In this document: piece after piece, positions 25,221-38,985 of the stretch | How the letters are laid out: every line of letters starts with the position of its first letter | Position numbering within the stretch: position 1 is the first letter of the stretch | Source: Fimbriosthenelais zetlandica | Taxonomy: Eukaryota | DNA: 64,000 nucleotides | NCBI GenBank assembly: GCA_977030845.1 | Contig: OZ365115.1 | Span: 31,000,001 to 31,064,000, forward strand | Direction: 5' to 3' | The notes under the pieces: generated by a model | Told to the model about the DNA's origin: nothing | Databases searched by the model: none | Seen by the model: only the letters and a program-made list of their open reading frames with translations | Program-made: the position numbers and the translations under genes

Positions 25221-28200
25221 ATGACGTCATCGAGGATCATTGGGCTCATTTTGCTGATAAGCTTTGTCGCATCAGTAGGTTAGTATGGAACTTTTCTCTT
25301 CATCTACTTCAGAACTATGAAGATTTTAGCTGTATAGATTTTGGAAATATAAATTACCCAGATGACTTCCCTCAGCAATGCATTTCTCAGATACTTTATA
25401 TTCGTTAAGACTTTTGTTTTGGCCAACAGAATGATCTAAAATGACTTAATTCAATGCAAAAATATCTTATATTTTTCCTTGGGCAGACGCTTGCATATTT
25501 GAATGTTTGATGATAGCAAAAATGCATACTTGATCCAGATATTAAAACATCAGAAATGTTCTGTTTTTATCCAAGCATAATGCATAGCTATTTGTAATGA
25601 AATGAAAGTATGAATATAATTGCTTATCGGATCACAAACGTTACATTTTCGAAGGCACACAGACCGAAATGATGAGTATACATAATGGGCGGGTTGGAAA
25701 ATGGTGTGAACAGATTTTAGTGTTTGGTGACACTCTCCAATGAGGCCCTATTCCCCTATGACATTATTTCCTATAGTGCAGCCACTATTCTCTCAAATAA
25801 TCCTATGTTTGGTTATAGGGTTTACACACAGCAAAACTCGGGTGGCAACGCATTTAAACGGGAGGCTTGGTCGCTTTCTATATGGTAGCCTAACCAAATA
25901 TATGATATAGTACTCGGGTTTCAGTGACCTTAGATCTACTTTTTTACTTCTAATAGTTTTACAAATAGTTTTTATATGAAATCCATCAAATAGATGGAAC
26001 TTTTCACATTAAAGGATCACTGTTCATGGGGTTTCGGGATCTTCAGAATCTTTTCAATTACAGGGCGAATACATATTAGGTAGGCTGCCATTATAAAATC
26101 TTTTTGTCGTGGAAATTAGGTCATATTTGTGTCATGCCCTTATGGAAATATAGCTATATAAAGATATCTATTCACTTATTACACACTTTTAAATCAACAA
26201 TGTATAATTATGATAAATATACCATGCAATCTGTACATTTTTCAATGGTACCTGTTGATGGCATGACACTGAGGATGACAAAATCCACTTTATATTTACT
26301 TATCGGGTGGGGGACTCCACCAACGCCCGCTTCTTGTATTTACTTTTCTGGGAGTGAGGTATATAAATCATAATTTGAAAAGGGACTTCCAGATATAGAT
26401 TAAAGATAATGTTAAAAAAAAGTATCATTGCATGTCTACGCATCGTGAAAAAAAAATTATTGTTTTGCATCTATTCTATATCTATCGACATTAGCAGAAG
26501 CCGCTGAGACAGGCCTACAATATAGTTGTAAACGCTGTCATAATGATCTTATAATTTTTACTATCTGCCCATCATTTTTTCAGATAGCCAAACGGAGTCG
26601 ACCATTGTCAGCTTTCCTAGAACAAGAGCATTCCCGCAGCCAACTGGTGGTAGTGATATAATTTTGCACGCATTCAATTCAGAAAATGTATAAAAGCAAT
26701 GAACATGAAACTTAACCTTTTTTCATTTAGAATATTTTCCTAATGCCAACTTTCATTTGTTATGAAAATCGGATTTAGATTATATACCACCTCAAATCAC
26801 TGACAAAAATCTCCCGAAATGTTTTATAGTAAGTCGAGCAGTTAACAGAGGAACCCAGAATCCAACTAGATTCAGTAGTACTGACAGCAACACCATAGCA
26901 CGGGGGAGAACGGCAGCAACACAAACCGCACCTGGTACACATCACTTTTATAATTAAATGTTATTCTTTTTACATAACATAATGCAATTTCATTTGAAAC
27001 CCTCCCCAAAATTCCACATTGACCCACCCGTTTTTAACGAAAAAAAACCCAGCTCCATTCTCAAAGGGAGTTGGGAGTTAGATGATATTCCAACTAAAAA
27101 TTACTGACAAAAATCTCCTGAAATGTTTTAGTAACTCGTGCAGTTATCACAAGGACTCCTCCCAGATTCAGAACTACTCCCAGCAACACCCAGCGAAGAA
27201 ATGAAGCAACACAATCTGCACCCGGTACACTTTATAATTACATGACTGTAATTTCTTTTTCATAAAACAAAGCAATTTCATTTGTAAACCTCTGAAAATG
27301 CCACATTGACCCATACATTTTTAAACTGTTAACGAAACAAGCTCCAGTTTAATTAATCTGAAGCATGGGGTTTAGATGCCTTTTCATCTGAAATTACTGA
27401 CAACAATCTCCTAAAATGTTTTAGTAACTCAAGCAGTTATCAGAAGTACCCAGAATCCTCCCAGATTGAGAACTACTCCCAGCATCACCATAGCACAGGG
27501 AAGAACGACAGCAACGTCGGTCATTCAAACCTCACTCGGTACACATCATTTTCATGTTACATGTCATAAACCATCAGATTTCCTTTGAGAATCTTTGAAA
27601 ATTCACCAATATCCCAACTAATTACCATAATGATTGTTTAGATGTAGTACAACATTTCAAAGAACAATTTCCATGTTCAACAACGTAAAGGTTTACCTAC
27701 AGGTTACAATATTATTTGCAGCACCCCGAGCAACTGAAAGGGCCCAGCCAACAGCTGTCATAGTTAGGACAGGTCCAGCAGGTGCCATTAGAACAACTGG
27801 TAGTCACACTTCTGCCTTCATATTTAATACTCAGATGTAGAACATTTAATAGCAGAAGTCCTCTATTTTCAAACAATACGTCCATAAGAACATCATGCCA
27901 ATCGAAAACAGACAGAGTAAAATAATGCAGAAACGCAGAGGAAAATATAAGAGAAATCTTAATTTCTTAAAATGGATCAAATGAATTAGGCCTGTCAGAG
28001 CTCACTGTAAATGCTGCTTAATTCTCGCATGGCTTTATGTGCTCTGTGCCGTCAGGCCTATCCCTTTGACATTTAGCATCCCACAATATCCTGATGCGTT
28101 AAAATATATCATCTTGATTCTCCTACACATACCAATATACACATGCGCTAAGCCTAAAAAACCAGGCTGTACATACTATGCAATCAGAAAACAACCAGAT

Positions 28201-31200
28201 CCATACAAATTAATATAAATGTATGTGTTCAAGTGTAATTTGCATGAAATATCTTTGCTTGCTGTACAAAGTCCTTTTGTAATTCTAAGTTTTCAAATTC
28301 CGATTTTGCTGCTTACAACCTTTTACCCATAAAGTCGTTATATTTGAACTTGCAGGTAATTTAGAAAACCCCTGAAATATCCTTCAGCTTGGTCGATCCT
28401 TCCAAGTTCCATGTTTGCTTTTGACGGAAATTGTTTTGGTACCAGTATCGTTGTATATATCATTGCATTCATCAACTAACTCACAGTCTCTTGCAGCTAT
28501 GCCTAATGCCATAAGCCAGCTTCTTAATAGAAAGGCTGATATTGTTTAATGTCCCCAATATAATAAAACGATGGCATAATAAAGATTAACACTTTCAGAA
28601 AGCCAGGGACCAAGACAAGGACAGACAACCCCTCAACGTACAAATGCAGGTAGTCCTTTAAAACATCCCCTCTCACTTCACACATACTATCAGTTTACAT
28701 GTGCGCAAAAGTCAGAATGTTCAGCATTCAAAATGTGCAGCAGCTGCCACAATCCCTTTGTATCCTCTCTGTTGAATGTCACAAAGGGAGGCCAAAGAAT
28801 TAGCAGTTTAAGCAGCAAATGAAGCAGACCCGCATCATAAACCAACAACGAAGGTCTATAAGAAAATCTTTCATTATAACATTAATTGGTAGACTACTAG
28901 ACTACTAGATTTTTTTTTAAATTGTTTTTCCAGGGGGCCAAGGTGGTACCGCTACTCGACCTCGTGTTTCTGCTACTCCCCAAATAACAGGTTGTCTATT
29001 GCTTCATTATTGCTAAGAAATTTATTTATTTATTTATTTGTACATATGCGTGGATCTCTCTCGGCATAAAAAAAGTTTTCTGAGAACCCCTAAAATCAAG
29101 AATTAGCATGAAGAGTATAGTAAGGTCATCAAGATCATGTATGACAAAATCCTTTACCAGTAAGATATCACTTTGTAACAATGTCCTTTCACACTCATGA
29201 GGACATTCAGACTAACGCCTTGCCCTAAAATTAGTAATGAATATAGAGCATTAATTATTAACATTAATCAAATAACATTAATTATTATCATCACCTTTGT
29301 TATTTTCCTGGGGCACTAGGTTTTGGGACTTCCCCTCGAGTTTCTTTCTCAGCATCAGCAGGACCACGAACAGGTTAGGCCTATTTCATTGTGACTAAAC
29401 AATGTGTAATTTTTCCTATTAGGGTAAATATTTGTGGTGATTGTACACTAGACAATACTTATTATACTTGGTGAAACGTTGATTCAAATCATCGATCGTT
29501 TGCTAATTTCCAATTTAATTAAATTGAAACAGACAGCCAAGCAAGATCTACTCCCGCAGGAACTCCATTCCGGACTGCTGATGGTACATTTTCCAGAACA
29601 AGACAAAATACACCACCAAGAGCTCAAACAAGTACCATTCGAACAACACCCCAAAGGACAAATCCACGGCAGACAGTGTCACAGACAGTTTTTAGACAAA
29701 CTTCAACAGAGTCAGTTCGGAGTACTCCAAGGCAGTCGTCGCCAGCTGTCAGTAGCACTCCGAGAAGGACTCCAAGAATCACGACTCCAAGAGTGACAGT
29801 TCGTCGAACCACGCTACCCAGGATTGTGTCGTCATCAAGACCAGAACCCATAGAAGGTAACCCAAAATATTCATTGGTAATGTATCTGAAGTTAATATGG
29901 GTTTTCAATGCACTTACCATGCAAGATCCCGAGACCCAAGACTGATGAGTCTCAATTTTCTTTCATGTGGTTGACATCCTATAACACAATTATTGAGCCT
30001 TGAAGAATGTCAAGAAAGCGTCAGATTAAGCTAATAGACCTAAGGAAAAGTTTTGTCATTTAATATTTGTCCTCATTACAGATTCTGGACTAACATGGTT
30101 ACTTATTGCGCTTGGGGTACTGGCTGGCATTGTACTTCTTGGGTTACTACTCTTCTGCTGCATTCCGTTATGTCGTGATGGTTGTGGTGACTGTTGTCAA
30201 GATTGCTGTGGTACAGAGGATGGATGTAAGTAACATCACGTGACATTAATTTACATCAGAATTTAAGTGCAAATCATCCAGATGCATCAGTCAGTTCCTG
30301 GGGATAGCAACAGTATTTGATAAGGGGTCATGGATGTCTTCTGTCCGTACCTTCAAGTCATAATATATATGCATGGAGGTTTTGTAAACATAATACACTT
30401 ATCAAAAGTATATATATGATCAGATCTACAATCAGATTTGTTTTCATTTTACTCTCCAGATGAGAAAACTGTTGTCGAGAGCGTCGAGGACACACCAAGT
30501 GAGAAAGAGATAGAACCTGTCATCAACATCGTCACCACCCCAGCTCCACCACCAGACCCGGTCATCATCCCCGTCACGGTTCCACCTCCACCTCCTCCAC
30601 AAATTTTTGTGGAAACTGTTGCTCCTCAACCAACTCCTCCACAAATTTTTGTGGAAAATGTTGCTCCACTGCCACCTCCTCCGCCAATTATTGTTGAGGC
30701 TGTTGCTCCTGCTCCGCCTCCTCCTCAGCAAATTTTTGTTGAGACTGTTGCACCACCTCCACCTCCTCCTCCGGAAATCTTTATTGAACAAACATTTCAA
30801 CCACCGCCTGAAGTCCAGTTTGTCCAGCCAGTCCAAATTATCCAGGAACCGACGACAATTGTGCAGCAGCCAGAACCTGAAATTCAATTTCTTGAACCAA
30901 TCACCATAACACAACCAATGCCAGTGCAATATGAGGAAGTCCCAATTGTAGAATATCCAGTGGTGGAATATCCAGTGGTGGAATATCCAGTGGTTGAATA
31001 CCCAGTGGTTGAATATCAACCACCTCCTCGACCTCGACCAAGACCACCACCACCACCTCCACCACCTCCTGCTTTTTACGAGACAGTAGAATATGTCTCT
31101 GAACCAGTCTACTCTATGGAATACGTGCCAGAGCTCGTCCCTGTAGAGATAGATGAGAGGAAACCACCTGTCATGTATGACGACTTCTTCAGCGATTATT

Positions 31201-31505
31201 CCTTCCGAGACAACTACAGGAGAGGGCCACGGTACCCGAGACGACCAAGGAGGGACGATGCACCACCCTACGTCCCATTGGAAAATACCATGGGCTACTC
31301 CACAAGTCCTTACTACTGGAATGGTCCAATGGGCGGTAAGCCTGACCCAAGGAATCTTCCATCGTTCCGTTATCCTGCATTCAGCAGTGCTCTTGCTTCA
31401 TCGCCTTCTTATTACGGCTCCACGTATGAACCAACAAATATGACGTACAGAGATCAAGCAGATATGATATATGATCGGCCCTACAGCACACAAATGTGGA
31501 TCTAA
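25221..31505 (+). CDS. Orphan type I membrane protein: mucin-like R/T/S/P ectodomain, TM, Cys cluster, Pro/Val/Glu/Tyr-repeat cytoplasmic tail (about 728 aa, about 12 exons)
   Basis: Exons 25221-25278 (signal peptide MTSSRIIGLILLISFVASV), 26584-26646, 26830-26934, 27132-27224, 27425-27538, 27722-27799, 28599-28649, 28934-28990, 29320-29373, 29533-29856, 30082-30225 (TM WLLIALGVLAGIVLLGLLLF then CCIPLCRDGCGDCCQDCCG) and 30460-31505. All junctions are phase 1 and the join is stop-free. The small middle exons are less certain. Confidence 0.75.
26794..27570 (+). repeat. Three tandem approximately 300 bp intron+exon modules
   Basis: Each unit has aaatYactgacaaMaatctcYYRaaatgtttt..ag, then an exon of the type V(S/T)(R/Q)AV...R(F/L)..T.S.T..., then g|gtacac. 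Units 1 and 2 also share downstream intron text (gcaatttcatttg..aaacc..aaaat.ccacattgaccca). Confidence 0.85.
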
Positions 31506-32694
31506 CTATCATCAAGCAGATAAAAATCAAAAGAGGTGATGAGACAGGAATGTAATAAAGAAATCTTCTACAAAAGTGACGTACAGAAGGGAAACACTAG
31601 AGACTGACAAGAAAACACTTAGGCAGCGATGGTACGATGGTAGAGACAAAAATGTCTTTAAAAATATCAAAAGATACTAATTAATAAAAATTTCAAGACT
31701 GATTAGCATGATCGGGAAGGTTGCTGTTGACAGAGGAGGGTATATTCCACAGCGAGATTAAGGAAATATAATATAATTATGTGTATTTAAATGATAATGA
31801 TAACCAAAGTTTTTACAAAAATAACCAAAACATTATAGTTATCAATGTTGGTTACTAACCACTGGCAAATAACTATCTGCTATACATATCGTTTCTATTT
31901 AATACAAGGTAGGCCCTATAGATACTATTATATAAATATATATATATCATTTATGATTGCTTCAAAATGTTTAATGTTCCGTTCCCCAACAAAATTTAAT
32001 ATCATTGTTACACCAGCTAAAGTGGATCATCTAATAATCGTCAGTTGAATAAATTAGTAACATCAGTCTCAGAACAACGTTTGTTTGTTTTTTAATTGTT
32101 ACAAACAGCTAATAATGAGAATTTGGGATAGGTAACAAGAATATTTTTCAAAAGTTGCAAAAAGTCCCCCTTTTAACTTCAAGATATTTTGCCAATTCTT
32201 GTGACCGTCACTCTGGCCTCCACTTAGATTCATGATTGTCTCCTTCAGGAGATTAATGCAAATATTAATAACTTATGGTCTAAGATAAGTCACTTATTAT
32301 GATTAGGGAAACAGGCCAGCAAAAACCAGAAAATGTATCAATTACACCTATACTACTATAGGTGTATACACAGGCAAATGCGTAGTTTCCATGGTTCAAA
32401 TCCTACTTATGATACTTTATGATGTCGTTGAGGGGCGATTTATGCAAATTATGTTTTGCAAGTAAAACTTTATAATAAAAGGTATAAAATAATTATGCAC
32501 TATGTATAAATGCACTACCGAATCAATAAAATTATTTTAAGACCGATGGATTAATACAATGAAGAAGCGAAAATAGAACTATAGTTGCCTAACCACGGAT
32601 CATAAAGATAAGCCCTATAACAATAAGATATGAACTTCCTTATAATAACCATATACGTTTGGCAATAAGACTACTTCGTCAATCAGTGTGCACA

Positions 32695-35219
32695 ATGATC
32701 CTCACCCAAGTTCTGCTGATGGTGCTGGCCAATCTATACATTTGGCAACCTGCCTTGGGAGCATCTGAGTACGGTATATCTTTGAATATCCCTAACAGTA
32801 TGAATTTATACAACATTTGTCTTTTTTTAAATATCTAAAATTGTTTAATTTGTATAAAGCTACTAGAGACATAGATGGCAATTCATAGTGTTGTTGAGTT
32901 TGATTCCATTCTTAAAATAACTAGCAAGTCTCCAATTTCTATAAGTTATTTTTTCTCAGCCTGGTATGTGAGGATTTCACCCTTACGAAGTCTGAGTTCT
33001 GTAAGCCATATAGAGGGGACCTTAAATGCCCAGAACAAATGAATGTCTTTTACCAACTACACACCAAGGAACTTGATGAACGAATTAACAAGACCAATAT
33101 TCCGTAAGTTCCATGAACCGTTAATTTTTTTACTTAGAGTTACTGACATATCTAATACATTAATTATCATGTATTGTAATAGTACGTCATAATAAATTTT
33201 AGAATGAATACTTTGAAAAAACAGAGGACATTGTTCATCGTGCATGGATTTAACACCAATACCACGACAGAATGGATTCAAAAGATGAGGGATGAATTAC
33301 TTGCCAAGGTACGTCTCATAGGTCATGTAAAATATGGCCGTTCATTTTTCGAGGGGAGAATTCTGAATAGACAACTGTATTCAAACCCATGAACCTTTGG
33401 ATTCATTTCATATCAACTATAAAAAAAGACTATTAAAGTTTCCTAATTAAATATACCTTATAAGACTAATAAGTCACAATGAAGAATAAGTACCCCATGC
33501 TACCCATGGGGAATGAAATTTAGTTTCTCATGGGTATACAAGGTGGAATGAAAGCCTATTATAAAGTTTATCTTATCAGATGATTTCTGTATCAGATAAT
33601 ACATATAATTGTATTTCTTTCAGGTGGATGGAAATGTTATCTTGGTGGATTGGCACTATGGGGCTGAGGCTGACAAAATATTGCCTAATTATAATAAAGC
33701 TGTTAAGACTGTCCAACCAATCGGATACGGCATTTCGATTTTGATGGCTGCTCTGGCTGAAAAAGGAGTTCCCTACAGGTATCACCCACAATCAATAATA
33801 ATTTCTGAATTATTTTGCATTCGTGGAATGAGCCGGTTCCATAAAAAAAATCCCACTAATTTACATTCCACAGTTCCATGTGGTGTATTGGCCATAGCCT
33901 TGGAGCTCATATCTGTGGACATGCGGGTCGGAATCTAAAGACATATAACAACAGCATAGGGAGAATAACAGGTAAGAAAGGACATGTCGGCTACACCATT
34001 GTGTTCTTTGCAGGCCCAAGTCACACCCTGGGTAATATTTCTATAGGTGCTTCATATCAAGAGATATCAACGAGTTCTGATAACATTATGATTATCTCGT
34101 TAACTTATCATATGATAGCTGAGGTATTATCTCTCTCCATTCCTTACAATAGCCATCGTCTCAATAGTAGCCGAGCTAAATGGATTTCAATAATGTCCGA
34201 GATCCCACCAGATCCCATTTTGAACATACATGTATAGGCCTACAGGCCAGATTAAATTTTATAATATAGGGCTAATTCGGATGTGCCATTCGTTTCCTTT
34301 TTTGAACAGGATTAGACCCAGCTGGTCCATCTTTTCGCCAGGAATCAGATGCTGAATGTACGCTTCAGAAGGAGGATGCTGACTTTGTAGATGTCATTCA
34401 CACTAATGGAGCAGATGCGATTGTCACACCTCATTTTGGTAAACTGGCTCCAATGGGAACCATTGATTTCTATCCTAACGGTGGCATGAGACAACCAGCC
34501 AGTGAATGCGAGATATCTGACTCCTTGGAATTGCGTAAGTAAGCCTATGTCAGGTAGCCTAATTTATTGGCCATTCAAGATACATTGTACAAGAAACTCG
34601 ATAAGAGAATGGAGTATGGATTAAATGTATTTCAGCACATATCTGCTGGCACTCTAAATCTCACGAGTACTTCACAAGAACCATCAGAGACGAATGCAAG
34701 TTCTGGACAAAGGAAAAATGCTGTGACTACACAGATATGACTGTGAGTTTAGAATACGGTAAACTAAGTCCATAATCTTATCTTGTACCCTTTCATGACT
34801 AGACATTTTATTGCTAAAAGGCTTAAAACTGAGAGTTATCTCCAGACAGCAATAGGCCTATTTCAGCTATCTCAGGAAGCCTAATTCCGGATGGGATCCC
34901 ATCTAATTTATGCAATGAATGATAGGCCTAAAGTCATTTTACAGATATGTAGGAGCAAATATATATGATGATAGACCTGTGTATTTTAATTAAGAACTAC
35001 TGCCATTATTTTTAGGACTCTTGTTCAATCCTTGAGAATAAGGCTATCATGGGATACCACGCTGACTTAGCCGGACTTCTCCACCATGGCAACTTCTTCG
35101 TCAATGTCACCTTGGACACTGTGCCAGACGGATGTGGGGAAACGCCCAGCAATGGAAATATTCCACAGGCATCACTTCTCATCACTATGCTAGTCCTGAT
35201 TGTATTCAACTTCAAATGA
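32695..35219 (+). CDS. Pancreatic-lipase-family alpha/beta hydrolase, 8 exons, no PLAT domain, GPI-signal-like C-terminus
   Basis: Exons 32695-32768, 32960-33103, 33203-33308, 33624-33778, 33874-33971, 34310-34534, 34636-34742, 35016-35219. Motifs IVHGF, NVILVDW, GHSLGAH, RITGLDPAGP, DADFVDVIHTN, IDFYPNGG.QP, C-W-H (catalytic His). Confidence 0.92.
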
Positions 35220-36911
35220 TATGGAACAAAGTTCCATCAAACCACGTGGAATCTTTGTCTTGCCCTATAGGCCTATAGCCTAAGGACTTCGATGAAATTA
35301 CCTTCATTTGAAATCAATTTAAAATTTGTGTCAAAAGGGACATTAAGCCCTTTAAATTCTAATTTATATATATTCTATATTATTATAAAGTATAATACTA
35401 TCATTAAATACCGGTATGTAGCCTACTATAGGCCTAAAATGCCTACAACATGGTTATTAAATGTAAAATTTGCAGAGAAGTTATTGAATTGTTTTGGGGT
35501 TGGCCTGGGCCAGTATAGGAAAGTCAAGCCCTATATGCCTACTAGCATTAGGGGAGGGGGTCTAGATTACACCACAAAAGTCATTAGGCCTAATATGCTC
35601 TGGGATTGGAGTGATGACTTGAGAAGATAAGATAAGCTCCTCCAGGGAAGTACTAATATGCTAGGTAGGTCTACTCCTCGTGACGTCTGCTAAAACGTAT
35701 GACGTATGAGGTCATGTGGGGAAATCCACATTTAGAAGGGAATCCCCCATCTACACGGCAAGACATTAATGTTGGCAGGTACGTGCTGGTTAATACCCTA
35801 ATAATTCTATAGAGGATCCATCTGCGGGTCCATCTATTATAAATCCCTGATCTCTGACAAGAAACAATAATCAGGGTAGAACAACATGATCTATAGCCTA
35901 TCTATCAAAAGTGTTCTAAATCACCGTTTATTCCAGTATTCAAACAGATATTCTTTCTTCATCGGAGTGGGTACTGGCAGGCCTAGCCTACTTCAGTCGG
36001 CTTCTCTCCATAAGGCGGCTATGGGAAGTCAAATGTGAACCACAAATCCCAAACACATTCGTCCAAGCGATATAGCTTTCGATTCTTCCTTCGTACAAAA
36101 GTGCCAATGAAAACAATTTAAATTCCCTGGCTTGAGTTGAAGGCCAAATATAACTTAAAAATCAAAAATTGGGCTTAAAATACCTCGGCTTCCGGTACCG
36201 TAGGCTATTTATTATGGGGCAGGCTATGGAGTATGATGATTCACGTGAAACCTGTCAAGCTGGGGTTTATGGAGTGGCTAGGAACATACATGTACACATG
36301 GTTCTAAGGTTTAAAAAACTTTAAAATGATCTTTAGGCTATTTCACCATGAGAATAACTAAAGTTGTAAATTCCTAAACTTGAATACCACCGTCGAGTAT
36401 ATTTCATGCTCGTTGCTACCACCAAATCTATAATTAATAACGATAAGCCTATTTCAAACAGGACAGAATCTACTCGAGTATATATTAGAGGGCTATACAT
36501 TTTACATTGGACACGTGCACAGAAGTTCATTCTAAAGGCACATTGAAGTCTGGACCTGCCTCTTTACTCATGTTGTCAATATAATAGAAGTTGATTTATG
36601 GTGGCTTTTGTGTCTGGACGGCCTTTTTAGGCCACTGGGGCACGATTTGTTTAATCAACATCGTTGGTGTTAAAAATATTATTTGTTTAGGTGGGGAAAG
36701 TGCAGTCCTAACATTGGTGTCTATTTCACCCAGTCTAGGTGGAGATAACCGTTACATGTATAGGTACCGTCTACATATATAATCAGACTAGGTTAATATT
36801 GGGTTGGAGCTTAAATGATAAACCTAACTGCTATCGTTTTGGGTTTTGACCTAACCATAACCTCAGGCCTTTAGACTGTTTTCAATTCATAAGGATTCAA
36901 TACTTCCAGAG

Positions 36912-38985
36912 ATGATCAAGCAAAGTGAGGAGGCAGTACCTATACAGGACGTCCATGATACCCGGGATAATGTGGACACACAGAAGCAAAGTAGAGTGCA
37001 ATGGATCAAAGAGCACCGGCGCCAAATTACCCAGACTCTCATCCTCTATTTTGCATTCTTTGCGTTGGTGAGTGGCTTATGTTTTAGGCCTAATATAAGA
37101 TTCCATGGGTCATTATACAATGTTATTGCCTTTTTGTTCCAAAACTGATCCCTAGGGACATCAGTTCTATACATTCTCATTATCAGTCGAACATAATAGT
37201 CCCTTAAATGAGATGGTAATGAAGCACTTACGAAAGTTTATATTCTTCAGGGATTGGGATTTTCTGTAGTAGGACCAACGTTACTGGATTTAGGACGGAT
37301 CACCAATTCTGACACTCAAGCAGTCTCCTTCGTGTTCCTCTCTCGTTCAGTGGCTGGTCTTTCTGGTGCTATTTTGGCTGGAGCACTCATCCCACGTCTG
37401 AACCATTGGTTTCTACTTGCTCTCTCACTCCTGCTGATGGGGTCTACGAGCATAATTGTACCTCACATTACAATGTTGCCTCTCATGTGTATCCTCTTTG
37501 CATTTGGTGGACTGTCAGGAGGGTTTTATGATGCTGGTAAGTTTTTGTTATATCTCGATTTTCCATTATGATTTTTGTTAGCTTTGCTAGTCTGCCTTAA
37601 CCAATCTATAGCCAATTGAAAAATTGATGATTCTTTTTAAGTGCAGCATGGTAATGTCTTCAAGTTGATCATTCATTCATTTCTTCAGGAGGGAACATGG
37701 TCCTGCTGAAGGTTTGGGGCAAAGAGAACGGTCCATGGATGCAAGCTCTTCACTGTATTTTTGGTCTTGGTGCCTTGCTGGGTCCTCTCATTGCTGAACC
37801 TTTCCTGTCCGAGTCACGTGTCACAGAAGTAAGCACCACAGGAAGTTCCTTAATAGAGAACCTCTCAGCTGTTGTCACACAAGATCCTTCTGGTGCACTT
37901 AGAATGGTCTCCAACTCGTCTGACCCTGCCCATCCAGGTTACAATATGACATCTGATGAAATGAACAGATCCATGACCAATCAGACCCAAAACAAGCCAG
38001 TCAATCCAGTCCCATACAAGACTGACATAATTTGGGCCTACCTGATCATTGGGCTAGCCTGCATAACAGCCGGTTTACTTCTCATGTATGTCATGTTCTT
38101 CTGCAGTGAAATCAAGCTCTCCTGTCTGAACAAACTCAAGAAGGAATCCAAAGAAGAAAGGAATGAGGGTGATAGCAAACTTAAAAAGAAGAATCTGACC
38201 ATCACACTGATCGCTTTGCTGTTTGCTTTCTATCTGACATACTGTATACTCGAGATGAATGTTGGCAATTATCTCACGGCCTTTGCTGTCAAAGCATTAG
38301 GGTGGAGTGAGAGAGACGGTGCAAAAGTGACAGCTGGGTACTGGGGTACGTTTATGGCTGGTCGAGCATTAGGCATCCTAATAGTTAATTACATCAGTCC
38401 CGCCAAAATCATCATTTCTGATTTAATTATCAGTGTTCTGTCTCTGGGAACACTCATGTTCTTGGCACATGCACACACTGCTGTTTTGTGGGTTACTACT
38501 CTGGTCCTCGGCTTCGGGATATCCACTGTCTTTGCTACAGGTTAGTATTATTTTGCCTATTATGCAATTCCAAGGAAAGAATAATGTTATTCAAACGAGT
38601 GGATGGGTTCCCTGTTCCCTTCTTTCATCAATGTCACATAATAAATCAGAATAGAATGAAATGTTATCTTTTTGCAGGAATTACATGGGCTGAGATGTAC
38701 ATGAACATAAGTGGAGGTATCGGAGCTGTATTTATGATAGCTGCAGCTGGAGGTGAATTGGTAGGACCTCTCGTCATTAGTGCCTTATTTGAAAAGCTGG
38801 GGCCCCAAGCATTTGTTTACGTAATGTTCACTGCCGCATGTACATTGGTGGTTCTGTTTGGTGTAATGTTACTCGTAGCCAGGAAACTGGGCAGACGACA
38901 ACCAGACAACGAAGCTGAGAACCCTGAAGAAGTGGAACTCCAGAATCCTGTCACTGAAGACAGAACTGCAGTTCAGTTAAATTGA
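36912..38985 (+). CDS. MFSD4-like: MFS transporter, MFSD4/sodium-dependent glucose transporter 1-like, copy 1
   Basis: Exons 36912-37067, 37251-37536, 37689-38540, 38678-38985. GPTLLDL, GPWMQALHCIFGLGALLGPLIAEPFL, WGTFMAGR; about 12 TM segments. Confidence 0.88.

Noticed and set aside
26794-27570. Regularly spaced repeats resembling a CRISPR-like array
   Set aside because: Eukaryotic intron+exon duplications of about 300 bp, not short repeat-spacer units.
29479-31443. Alternative-frame and antisense ORFs (105, 98, 191, 100, 96 aa) over the orphan membrane gene
   Set aside because: By-products of repetitive, stop-poor codons in the real frame.
32393-32403. GGTTCAAATCC, a tRNA B-box-like word
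   Set aside because: No A-box or cloverleaf around it.
35292-35630. 112-aa ORF downstream of the lipase
   Set aside because: AT-rich sequence dense in TAGGCCTA-type words; not protein-like.
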